Assembly: GCA_025459035.1 (NCBI GenBank)
Contig: JALORJ010000006.1
Location: forward strand, 1 to 29,887
Reading direction: 5' to 3'
DNA: 29,887 bases
Source of the DNA: Burkholderiales bacterium
GTDB lineage: Bacteria > Pseudomonadota > Gammaproteobacteria > Burkholderiales > Ga0077523
The notes under the pieces are model-generated. The model saw only the letters and a program-made list of their open reading frames with translations, did no database searches and was not told the DNA's origin. Below are positions 13,920 through 21,554 of this stretch, one piece after another. The position numbers and the translations under genes were made by a program. Within the stretch, counting starts at the first letter, position 1. Each line of letters starts with the position of its first letter.

Positions 13920-14581
13920 CGTCGCGTACGCACACCTTCAAGGGCCGGCTGATCACGGTCACCTTCGATGTCGGGCGCTGCATGCACGCGGCGCACTGCG
14001 TCAAGGGGCTGCCGGCCGTGTTCGATCGCGACCGCAAGCCGTGGGTCGACCCCGATCAGGCCAGTGCGACCGCGCTGATGGGCGTGATCGAGCGCTGTCC
14101 GTCGGGCGCGCTGAAGGCGCAGCTGGGTAGCGGCGGACGCTCCGCCGAGCGTCCGCAGCGCACGAACACGGTCCAGGTCGTCGCCGACGGCCCGCTGTAC
14201 CTGCGCGGCCAGATCACGCTGGTCGCCGACGGCGCCCCCGAGCCGCTTGCCGAGGACGTGCGCCTCGCGCTGTGTCGCTGCGGGCGCTCGAAGCGCGCGC
14301 CGTTCTGCGACGCGAGTCACGTCAAGGCGGGTTTTCGCGACCCGGGCGTCTTCACCGCTCCGGTCGACAAGCCCGACGACGCCTTCGTCGGGGGCCCTAG
14401 ACTGACCGTCGAGGTGAAGCCGGGCGGGCCGTTGCGCGCGACCGGCGACCTGCAGCTGCTCGATGCCGCCGGCAAGCCGGCGGGGTCGGCCAAGGGCGCA
14501 GTGCTGTGTCGCTGCGGCCGTTCGAAGTCGAAGCCGTTCTGCGACGGCTCGCACCGGGAGACCGCCTCGGGTTCATCCTGA
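13916..14581 (+). CDS. Fe-S protein: divergent 4Fe-4S (Fer4_19-like) domain plus two CDGSH domains
   Basis: RCMHAAHCVKGLPAVFD...KPWVDPD...CPSGAL, then LCRCGRSKRAPFCDASH and LCRCGRSKSKPFCDGSH. GTG overlaps the bdhA stop; an alternative ATG is at 13907. Confidence 0.88.
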   Translation: MTSRTHTFKGRLITVTFDVGRCMHAAHCVKGLPAVFDRDRKPWVDPDQASATALMGVIERCPSGALKAQLGSGGRSAERPQRTNTVQVVADGPLYLRGQITLVADGAPEPLAEDVRLALCRCGRSKRAPFCDASHVKAGFRDPGVFTAPVDKPDDAFVGGPRLTVEVKPGGPLRATGDLQLLDAAGKPAGSAKGAVLCRCGRSKSKPFCDGSHRETASGSS

Positions 14582-14633
14582 GGCCGTCGCGATCCCGGGC
14601 GAGACCCGCGCGGGCTTGCCGGAGGAGGATGCG

Positions 14634-16079
14634 ATGCGGTGGATGACCCTCGGGCGCGCGCTGCGTCCACGCGGGGCCGCGGCGATGGTCGCCGCGGCGG
14701 TGGCGGTCGCGGCGGCGGTCGGCATCGCGCAGACCGTGGACCCGGTCGACGACGCGCAGCTGTCGGCCGGACGCTTCACGCTGGCGCGCTTCGACGAGCA
14801 CGCGTTTTCCGAGCCGGCGCCGTTCCTGACCTACAAGGAGCGCCAGCGCTTCCTGCGCGGGCGGGTGCACTTCAACCAGCGCTGGGTGCAGTTCCCGTCG
14901 CTCGGCGGTGACTGGGGACTCGGCCCGACGTTCATCACCAACCGCTGCAGCGCGTGCCATGTCGGCGGCGGCCGCGGCGCGCCCCCCGAGGCTGCGGACG
15001 AGAAGCCGATCGCGCTGCTCGCGCGCCTCTCGGTCCCCGGCGTCGGCCCGCACGGCGAACCGAAGCCGCACCCGGTCTACGGTGACCAGATCCAGAACTT
15101 CGGGCTGATGGGGCAGGACCGCGACGACACCTTCCTCGGTGATCGTGTGCCGCCGGAGATCGACTGGTACGTCGACTGGATCACCCACACCGAGACGCTG
15201 GCCGACGGCACCGTGGTCGAACTGCGCCGGCCGCAGGTGCGCTTCGCGAAGTTCTGGTTCGGCCCGCTCGGTGACGACACGATGATCTCGCTGCGGCTCG
15301 CACAGCCGAACTTCGGCCTCGGGCTGCTCGAAGCGATCCCGGACAGCGCCCTCGAGCAGGTCGCCGCGATGCAGGCCGCGCACGGCATGCAGGGCCGGCG
15401 CAACGTCGTGCGCGACGACATCGCGGGCGGCACCGCGCTCGGCCGTTTCGGGTGGAAGGCCAACGTGCCGACGATCCGGCAGCAGCTCGCGGCGGCCTTC
15501 GCCGGAGACCTCGGCGTGACCTCGGCGCTGTACCCGGAGATGAACTGCCCGGGCCCGCAGACCGACTGCATGGGACAGCCGCCGGGCAACCAGCCCGAAC
15601 TGATCGACGACGACTGGAACAACCTGACCTTCTGGACGCAGGCGCTGGCGGTGCCGGCGCGCCGCAACACGACCGATCCGCGCTTCAGGCAGGGCGAGCG
15701 GCTGTTCGCACAGGCGAAGTGCGCCGTGTGTCACGTCCCGGAACTGAAGACCGGACCGTATCCCGCGCTACCGGCCGCCGAGGGACAGATCGTGCGCGCG
15801 TACACCGACCTGATGCTCCACGACATGGGGCCCGCACTGTCCGACGGGCGCCCCGACTTTCTCGCCGGCCCGCAGGACTGGCGCACGCCGCCCCTCTGGG
15901 GCCTGGGCCTGTCGCAGACGGTGTCGAAGACAACCGCGATGCTGCACGACGGGCGTGCGCGCAATGTCACGGAGGCCATCCTGTGGCACGGGGGCGAGGC
16001 GGCCCCGGCGCGCGATGCGTTCAGGCAGCTGCGCAAGGCCGATCGCGATACGCTGCTGTTCTTCCTCGAGTCGATCTGA
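14634..16079 (+). CDS. Di-heme oxidoreductase (DHOR-like) family c-type cytochrome, exported
   Basis: Two CxxCH motifs (CSACH, CAVCH), GLGPTF, GLGLLEAIP, GRFGWKA, WRTPPLWGLG and LHDGRAR. GGAGGAGG RBS and a signal-like N-terminus. Confidence 0.88.
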   Translation: MRWMTLGRALRPRGAAAMVAAAVAVAAAVGIAQTVDPVDDAQLSAGRFTLARFDEHAFSEPAPFLTYKERQRFLRGRVHFNQRWVQFPSLGGDWGLGPTFITNRCSACHVGGGRGAPPEAADEKPIALLARLSVPGVGPHGEPKPHPVYGDQIQNFGLMGQDRDDTFLGDRVPPEIDWYVDWITHTETLADGTVVELRRPQVRFAKFWFGPLGDDTMISLRLAQPNFGLGLLEAIPDSALEQVAAMQAAHGMQGRRNVVRDDIAGGTALGRFGWKANVPTIRQQLAAAFAGDLGVTSALYPEMNCPGPQTDCMGQPPGNQPELIDDDWNNLTFWTQALAVPARRNTTDPRFRQGERLFAQAKCAVCHVPELKTGPYPALPAAEGQIVRAYTDLMLHDMGPALSDGRPDFLAGPQDWRTPPLWGLGLSQTVSKTTAMLHDGRARNVTEAILWHGGEAAPARDAFRQLRKADRDTLLFFLESI

Positions 16080-16094
16080 GCGCGCCTGGGCGCG

Positions 16095-17321
16095 TCAGGT
16101 CGGGCGCGGGATGCGCTGCGAGATCAGCGCGCCGGCCGCGATCAGCACGGCCGAGGCCGCGACGGCGGGGCGAAAGGAGCCCACGTGGTCGGCCAGCAGT
16201 CCCGCCAGCAGCGGCCCGACCATCTGCCCGGCCGCGAAGCCGATCGTCAGCAGCCCGCCGACGCGCTGCGGGCGTGCCGGGTCGAAGCGCGGTGCGAGCG
16301 TCATGATCAGCATCGACACGCCCATGACCGTCGAGCCGAGCAGCGCCGACGAGACGTAGGCCGCCGCGACCGATCCGGGCAGCACGGCGATGGCCGCGAT
16401 GCCGACGGTCTGCATCCAGAAGCCCTGCGTGATGCGACGCAGCTGCTGCGCGTCGCTGGCGGGGCGGGTCCACCACCGCAGCGACAGGATCGCGGTGATG
16501 CCGGTCACGAGCCACGCGCCGGCCGCGGTCGCGAAGCTGCCCTGCGCCTGGCGGATGATCGTGACGACGAAGGTCGCGTTGACGATGTAGCCCAGCCCCT
16601 CGAGCGAGTACGCGGCGATCATCAGGTTGCGACCGGCCAGCGGTGTGGCGGCACGCACGCCGTCGGCCGGTGCCACCACGACCGAGCGCGCCGGCAGCAG
16701 CGGCAGCGAGATGGCCATCGCGACCGCGGAGGCCACGCCTAGCGCCCACCAGATCGGGCCGCTCGTCGGATGCGGGTCGAGCAGCGCGAGCGTCGAGCTG
16801 CCGATCATCCCGGTGCCCAGACCGCCGAACATCCAGCCCGCCCACAGCGCCTTGCCCTGCGCGCGCAGATGGGTCGCGACGAGCGTGGCCGCGATCACCA
16901 GCACCCACGCGGCGGCGACTCCGGACACGAAGCGCAGCCACATCCAGTGCGAGACGACGTGCGTCGCGCCCATCGCGCACGTGGTGACGACGCTCGCGAT
17001 CGCGGCCAGTGCCAGCGGCCAGCGCGTGTCGCGGTCGGAGCGCCACAGCGTGACCGTGAGCGAGCCGACGAAGTAGCCGAAGAAGTTGGCGCTCGCGAGT
17101 GCGCCCGCGACCGCGGGGCCGAAGCCGGCCTCGGCCTGCATCAGCGGCAGCACCAGCGTGTACGCGAAACGCCCGATCCCCATCACGACGGTGATGCACA
17201 GCAGCCCGGCGAAGACGAGATCGAGCGGTGGGCGCGGACGCTCGGGGGCCGGGGCATCGAGCGCCGGGGCGGCCGGCGCCGGCGTGCGCGTCGCGCTCGG
17301 GGCTGCGGCGGGGGCGTTCAC
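16095..17321 (-). CDS. MFS transporter, YbfB/YjiJ-like
   Basis: MGIGRFAYTLVLPLM...LASANFFGYFVG and multiple hydrophobic helices. Start at GTG 17321 is tentative. Confidence 0.85.
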   Translation of the reverse strand: MNAPAAAPSATRTPAPAAPALDAPAPERPRPPLDLVFAGLLCITVVMGIGRFAYTLVLPLMQAEAGFGPAVAGALASANFFGYFVGSLTVTLWRSDRDTRWPLALAAIASVVTTCAMGATHVVSHWMWLRFVSGVAAAWVLVIAATLVATHLRAQGKALWAGWMFGGLGTGMIGSSTLALLDPHPTSGPIWWALGVASAVAMAISLPLLPARSVVVAPADGVRAATPLAGRNLMIAAYSLEGLGYIVNATFVVTIIRQAQGSFATAAGAWLVTGITAILSLRWWTRPASDAQQLRRITQGFWMQTVGIAAIAVLPGSVAAAYVSSALLGSTVMGVSMLIMTLAPRFDPARPQRVGGLLTIGFAAGQMVGPLLAGLLADHVGSFRPAVAASAVLIAAGALISQRIPRPT

Positions 17322-17418
17322 CCGGACCGCGGCCGACCGACGACCGCGGGCGCGGTCGCCGCGGCGGGCGACTTCTCGGTCGGCGTCGGTGCAGCCGCGC
17401 CCGTCGACACGGGCGGTG

Positions 17419-18813
17419 TCAGAGCGTGAAGATCTTGCCGGGGTTGAGGATGCCGTGCGGGTCGAGCGCACGCTTGATGTCGCGCATCACGCTCACCGCC
17501 TCGCCGTGTTCGGCGGTGAGGAACTTCATCTTGCCCAGGCCGATGCCGTGTTCGCCGGTGCAGGTGCCGTCCATCGCGATCGCGCGCATCACCAGACGGT
17601 CGTTCAGGCGCTCGGCCTCGGCGACCTCGGAGGGGTTGTTGCGGTCGATCACGAAGCCCAGATGGAAGTTGCCGTCGCCGACGTGGCCGACCAGCGGCGC
17701 GATCAGGAAGCTCTGCGCGAGATCGGCCTTGGTCTCGACGATGCACTCGGCCAGCCGCGAGATCGGCACGCACACGTCGGTGGCCCAGATCTCGCAGCCG
17801 GGCCGCAGTGCCTTGTTCGCGTAGGTGACGTCGTGGCGCGCGGTCCACAGCGCCGTGCGCTCCTCGGGTCGCGACGCCCAGCGGAAGCTGCCGCCGCCGT
17901 TCTCGCCGGCGATCGACTCGACCAGTTCGGCCTGCTCCTTCACGCCGGCCTCGGTGCCGTGGAACTCGACGAACAGCGTGTTCTGCACCGGATAGTCGAG
18001 CTTCGAGAAGCGGTTGACCGCGTCCATCTGCACGTCGTCGAGCAGTTCGATGCGCGCCACCGGCACGCCGAGCTGGATCGTCTGGATCACGGCGTTGACG
18101 GCGCCTTCGAGCGAATCGAACGAGCACACCGCGGCGGCCATCGCCTCCGGAATGCCGTAGAGGCGCAGCGTGACCTCGGTGATGATCCCCAGCGTGCCTT
18201 CCGAACCCACGAACAGCCGCGTGAGGTCGTAGCCCGCGGCGGACTTCCGCGCCCGGCGCGACGTGCGGATCACGCGGCCGTCGGCCAGCACGACCGTGAG
18301 TGCCAGCACGTTCTCGCGCATCGTGCCGTAGCGCACGGCGTTGGTGCCCGACGCGCGGGTGGCGGCCATGCCGCCCAGCGACGCGTCGGCGCCCGGGTCG
18401 ATCGGGAAGAACAGCCCGCGGTCGCGGATGAAGTCGTTCAGCTGCTTGCGGGTCACGCGCGCCTGCACGGTCACGTCGAGGTCGTCCGCGTTGACCTGCA
18501 GCACCTGGTCCATGTGCATGAGGTCGATCACGACGCCGCCGTGCTCGGGGATCACGGCGCCTTCGAGCGAGGTGCCGGTGCCGTACGCGACCACCGGCGT
18601 GCGGTGCGCCGCACAGATGCGGACGATCTCGGCGACTTCCTCGGTGCTGGTCGGGAACACGACCGCATCGGGGCGGTGCGGGACGTGCCACGACTCGTCC
18701 TTGGCATGGTGGTCGCGCACGCCGCTGCTGGTCGACAGGCGTTCGCCGAAGCGCGCGCGCAGCAGGTCGATCGCGGTCTGGACGTGGGCGGGGGCGGTGA
18801 CGGCTTGCTGCAT
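17419..18813 (-). CDS. FAD-linked oxidase/dehydrogenase (D-lactate dehydrogenase/GlcD-like)
   Basis: YGTGTSLEG, FFPIDPGADASLGGMAATRASGTNAVRYG, GHVGDGNFH, GEHGIGLGK and LNPGKIF. Confidence 0.93.
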   Translation of the reverse strand: MQQAVTAPAHVQTAIDLLRARFGERLSTSSGVRDHHAKDESWHVPHRPDAVVFPTSTEEVAEIVRICAAHRTPVVAYGTGTSLEGAVIPEHGGVVIDLMHMDQVLQVNADDLDVTVQARVTRKQLNDFIRDRGLFFPIDPGADASLGGMAATRASGTNAVRYGTMRENVLALTVVLADGRVIRTSRRARKSAAGYDLTRLFVGSEGTLGIITEVTLRLYGIPEAMAAAVCSFDSLEGAVNAVIQTIQLGVPVARIELLDDVQMDAVNRFSKLDYPVQNTLFVEFHGTEAGVKEQAELVESIAGENGGGSFRWASRPEERTALWTARHDVTYANKALRPGCEIWATDVCVPISRLAECIVETKADLAQSFLIAPLVGHVGDGNFHLGFVIDRNNPSEVAEAERLNDRLVMRAIAMDGTCTGEHGIGLGKMKFLTAEHGEAVSVMRDIKRALDPHGILNPGKIFTL

Positions 18814-18987
18814 GGCGACCTCGGTCGAAGCGGGGTGTCGAGACCCCGGAGCCTAAAGGAGCGCGTGCCCCGGCGCAGCGACGGCGTGCGCTTGCGACCG
18901 CCTGTCGACGGCGTTGGCGACCGGGCGTCGCCGCAGCGCGACGGCGCGCTGCCACGGGCGCACCGCGCCACAACCTCCGGAGACGCC

Positions 18988-19959
18988 ATGCCCCCGCTGC
19001 CGACCGGCGCGACCCCGCGCCCTGCCACCGATGTCATCGTGCGTGCGCACGGCGACGGACTCGAGCTCGAGCAGCCGCGATCCGGCCGCCGCTTCGTCCT
19101 CGACGCGGCCGACGCCCGACTGTGGCGTGCCCTCGACGGCAGGCGCGGCGTGCAGGCCCTGGCCGCCGACCTTGGCGTATCTGCCGAAAGCCTCTGGCGT
19201 GCGCTCGACGCACTGGCCGATGCGGGCCTGCTCGACGCGCGCGCTGCGCCGCCGACCGGCGGGGCCGTCGCGGGCGGGATGCGGCGGCGGTTCCTGAGCC
19301 GGGCGATGCCGGTGCTGGCGGCGGCGGCGGCCCCGGGGCTTGCGCGCGCTCGCACCAACGGCGACGACGAGGACGACCGCGGTGAGAGCAATTCGAAAAA
19401 AAGCATCGAGAGGAATGACAAGAGAGACGCCGAGGCAAAGGACAAGAGGGACGCCGACGCGATCGACAAGATCGCAGAGAGGGAAGAGAGGGACAGGAAA
19501 CAGCAGGAGCAAGGAGACAAGCAGGCCGCGGCCGCCCCCAAGGAGCAGGGCGACAAGCACGTGGCCGAAGCCCAGGACAAGGGCGAGCGCGAAACCAAGA
19601 CCAGCAACAGCAACGAGCGGATCCGCAAGCAGCTCGAGACGGACGTCAAGGGCGCCGAGACCCGGTTCAAGGAAGCGGGCGGGAAGAACCCGGCCGAACA
19701 GGCCACCAAGAACGCGGCGGAAGCGCTTGCAAGGAACAACGCGACCGAGCAGGCCGCCAAGAACGTCGGGGAACTGATGGGCAAGGGTGGCGGTGGCGGC
19801 GTCGGGCCGGTGATCCCCGAGCCCTCCACGATCGTCGTGCTGGGCCTCGGCATGGCCGGGCTGGCCGCGAAGCGGCTGCGCGCCGACCGTCCTGCCGGGC
19901 CGGTCGGATCGCCCGACGCCGGCGCAGCCACCGAAGACGAGGACCCGACCGCGCCGTGA
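18988..19959 (+). CDS. PEP-CTERM protein with N-terminal PqqD/RRE-like domain, twin-arginine-like segment and ExxxK repeats, 323 aa
   Basis: GGAG RBS. Residues about 11-83 follow a PqqD-like pattern (F.LD...ARLWRALDG..GV..LAADL....LWRAL..LADAGLL). RRRFL plus a hydrophobic stretch ending ARA, 15 ExxxK motifs, then IPEPSTIVVLGLGMAGLAAKRLR. Confidence 0.8.
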   Translation: MPPLPTGATPRPATDVIVRAHGDGLELEQPRSGRRFVLDAADARLWRALDGRRGVQALAADLGVSAESLWRALDALADAGLLDARAAPPTGGAVAGGMRRRFLSRAMPVLAAAAAPGLARARTNGDDEDDRGESNSKKSIERNDKRDAEAKDKRDADAIDKIAEREERDRKQQEQGDKQAAAAPKEQGDKHVAEAQDKGERETKTSNSNERIRKQLETDVKGAETRFKEAGGKNPAEQATKNAAEALARNNATEQAAKNVGELMGKGGGGGVGPVIPEPSTIVVLGLGMAGLAAKRLRADRPAGPVGSPDAGAATEDEDPTAP

Positions 19960-20372
19960 CGTGCTGAACGCGTCGCGGCCGCGTCACGGCGCCGGCCGCG
20001 GCGTCGGGCCGGGGCGGATCGACGGCCCGCGCACAGCGCCCGGGGCGTCGCAGCGGTCGGTGCGCCGGCCGACGAACACGACAGCCAAGGTCGCACGGAT
20101 CCGCGACGCGGCGACGCCGCGCGTCGACGTCCTGTCGCAGTTCCGCGGCTGCGGAGCCCGCACCGTGATTTTCGGCAGTGGCACGCCCGGCCGGCCCTTG
20201 CCCTGAAGCGATCGACAGCTTCCCGTGCGCGGCGCGCTTGTGACCGGTCGATCGTGGCGCTACGGTTCGCGCGACTCGGTTCGGCAGCACAGTGCGGCTG
20301 CGAAACCCCTCGCGCCTCGGAGACCCTCTCTCATGACCCACCGCTCTGCCACGCCTCCGCAGCGCTGCCCGG

Positions 20373-21455
20373 ATGTCGACACCGAGCCTCGTGTGGCGCG
20401 CGCTCGACGTCCTGGCCGACGCCGGCTTGCTCGCGCGACGCGTCGCCCCGCCAGCGGCGGGGACGCGCCGGCATTTCCTGCGACGGGCGCTTCCGGGCCT
20501 CGCGGCCGTGGCGGTTCCAGGCGCGGCGTTCGCGCGCCCGGTGTCCGGCGGCGACGACGGCGGCGGCGGGGACACAGTCGCCGAGGCGCAGGCCAAGGAG
20601 GGCAACGCCAAGGAGCAGTTCGACAAGACCGCCGAGCGCCAGGGCAAGCAGGTCGCCGAGACACAGGCCAAAGGCGAGCAGTCGGCGAAGGCGGGCGAGC
20701 GCGAGGCCAAGATCGCAGCCGAGCGCGACGCGAAGCAGGCGAGCGAGCAGTCGACCAAGGCCGGCGAGCAGGAGGCCAAACAGGGCGTCGAGTCCCAGCG
20801 CAAGGGCGAGGCGTCCGCGAAGGTCGGCGAGCGCGACGCCAAGCAGGCGCAGGAAAAGGACGAGAAGCAGGGCGCGGAGTCTCGGCAGAAGGGAGAGCAG
20901 TCCGCGAAGACCGGCGAGCGCGAGGAGAAGACGGCCGCCGAGCGGGACGCGAAGCAGGCCGAGGAATCGCAGCAGAAGGGCGAGAAGTCCGCGAAGACCG
21001 GCGAGCGCGACGCGAAGCAGGCCGAGGAGTCGCAGCGCAAGGGCGAGCAGTCGGCCAAGGTCGCCGAGCGCGAGGCGAAGACGGCGGCCGAGCGGGACGC
21101 AAAACAGGCCGAGGAGTCGCAGCAGAAGGGCGAACGGTCGGCAAAGGCCGACGAACGCGACTCGAAGACCATGGCGGAGCGGGCGACCAAGACCGGCGAG
21201 ATCGCAGGCAAGGAGGTCACGCAGAAGTCGCCCGCCGAGCAGATCGCGAAGAACACGGGCGAACTGATGAACAAGGGCGACCGCGGTGGCGTCGGTCCGA
21301 TTCCCGAGCCTTCGACCGTGTTGCTGCTCGGGCTGGGCGTCGCCGGGGTCGCGGCGCGTCGGATCCTGGCGGACCGCAAGGCCGCTGACGGCCCGCGGGC
21401 CGCGGACGCCGACGCAGCGGCCGACGGCGACACCCCCACCGGACCGACGCCCTGA
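20373..21455 (+). CDS. Paralogous PEP-CTERM ExxxK-repeat protein with truncated RRE (possibly a frameshifted pseudogene starting at 20333)
   Basis: LVWRALDVLADAGLL, RRHFLRR plus a hydrophobic stretch ending AFA, 33 ExxxK motifs, IPEPSTVLLLGLGVAGVAARR. The RBS-linked ATG at 20333 is in a different frame. Confidence 0.75.
   Translation: MSTPSLVWRALDVLADAGLLARRVAPPAAGTRRHFLRRALPGLAAVAVPGAAFARPVSGGDDGGGGDTVAEAQAKEGNAKEQFDKTAERQGKQVAETQAKGEQSAKAGEREAKIAAERDAKQASEQSTKAGEQEAKQGVESQRKGEASAKVGERDAKQAQEKDEKQGAESRQKGEQSAKTGEREEKTAAERDAKQAEESQQKGEKSAKTGERDAKQAEESQRKGEQSAKVAEREAKTAAERDAKQAEESQQKGERSAKADERDSKTMAERATKTGEIAGKEVTQKSPAEQIAKNTGELMNKGDRGGVGPIPEPSTVLLLGLGVAGVAARRILADRKAADGPRAADADAAADGDTPTGPTP
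20877..21140 (+). repeat. Coding tandem repeat with 87-nt and 63-nt units
   Basis: Units start at 20877, 20964, 21027 and 21114 (spacings 87, 63, 87 nt), each beginning ES(R/Q)(Q/R)KGExSAK. Confidence 0.85.
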
Positions 21456-21554
21456 TGACCTGCGCCGGGCGCGCAGCGCCGGTGGCGATCCCCGTCTCGT
21501 GCGCGGTCAGGCGGCGGGGTCGCGGCCCGCGCGGCCCGCGCTTCGCATGACGCG

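Noticed and set aside
18880-20270. Sigma-54 promoters before the ExxxK PEP-CTERM genes
   Set aside because: The candidate GG...GC pairs I found have the wrong spacing.
20877-21140. CRISPR array
   Set aside because: The repeats are in-frame coding units with degenerate third positions and no unique spacers; there are no cas genes.
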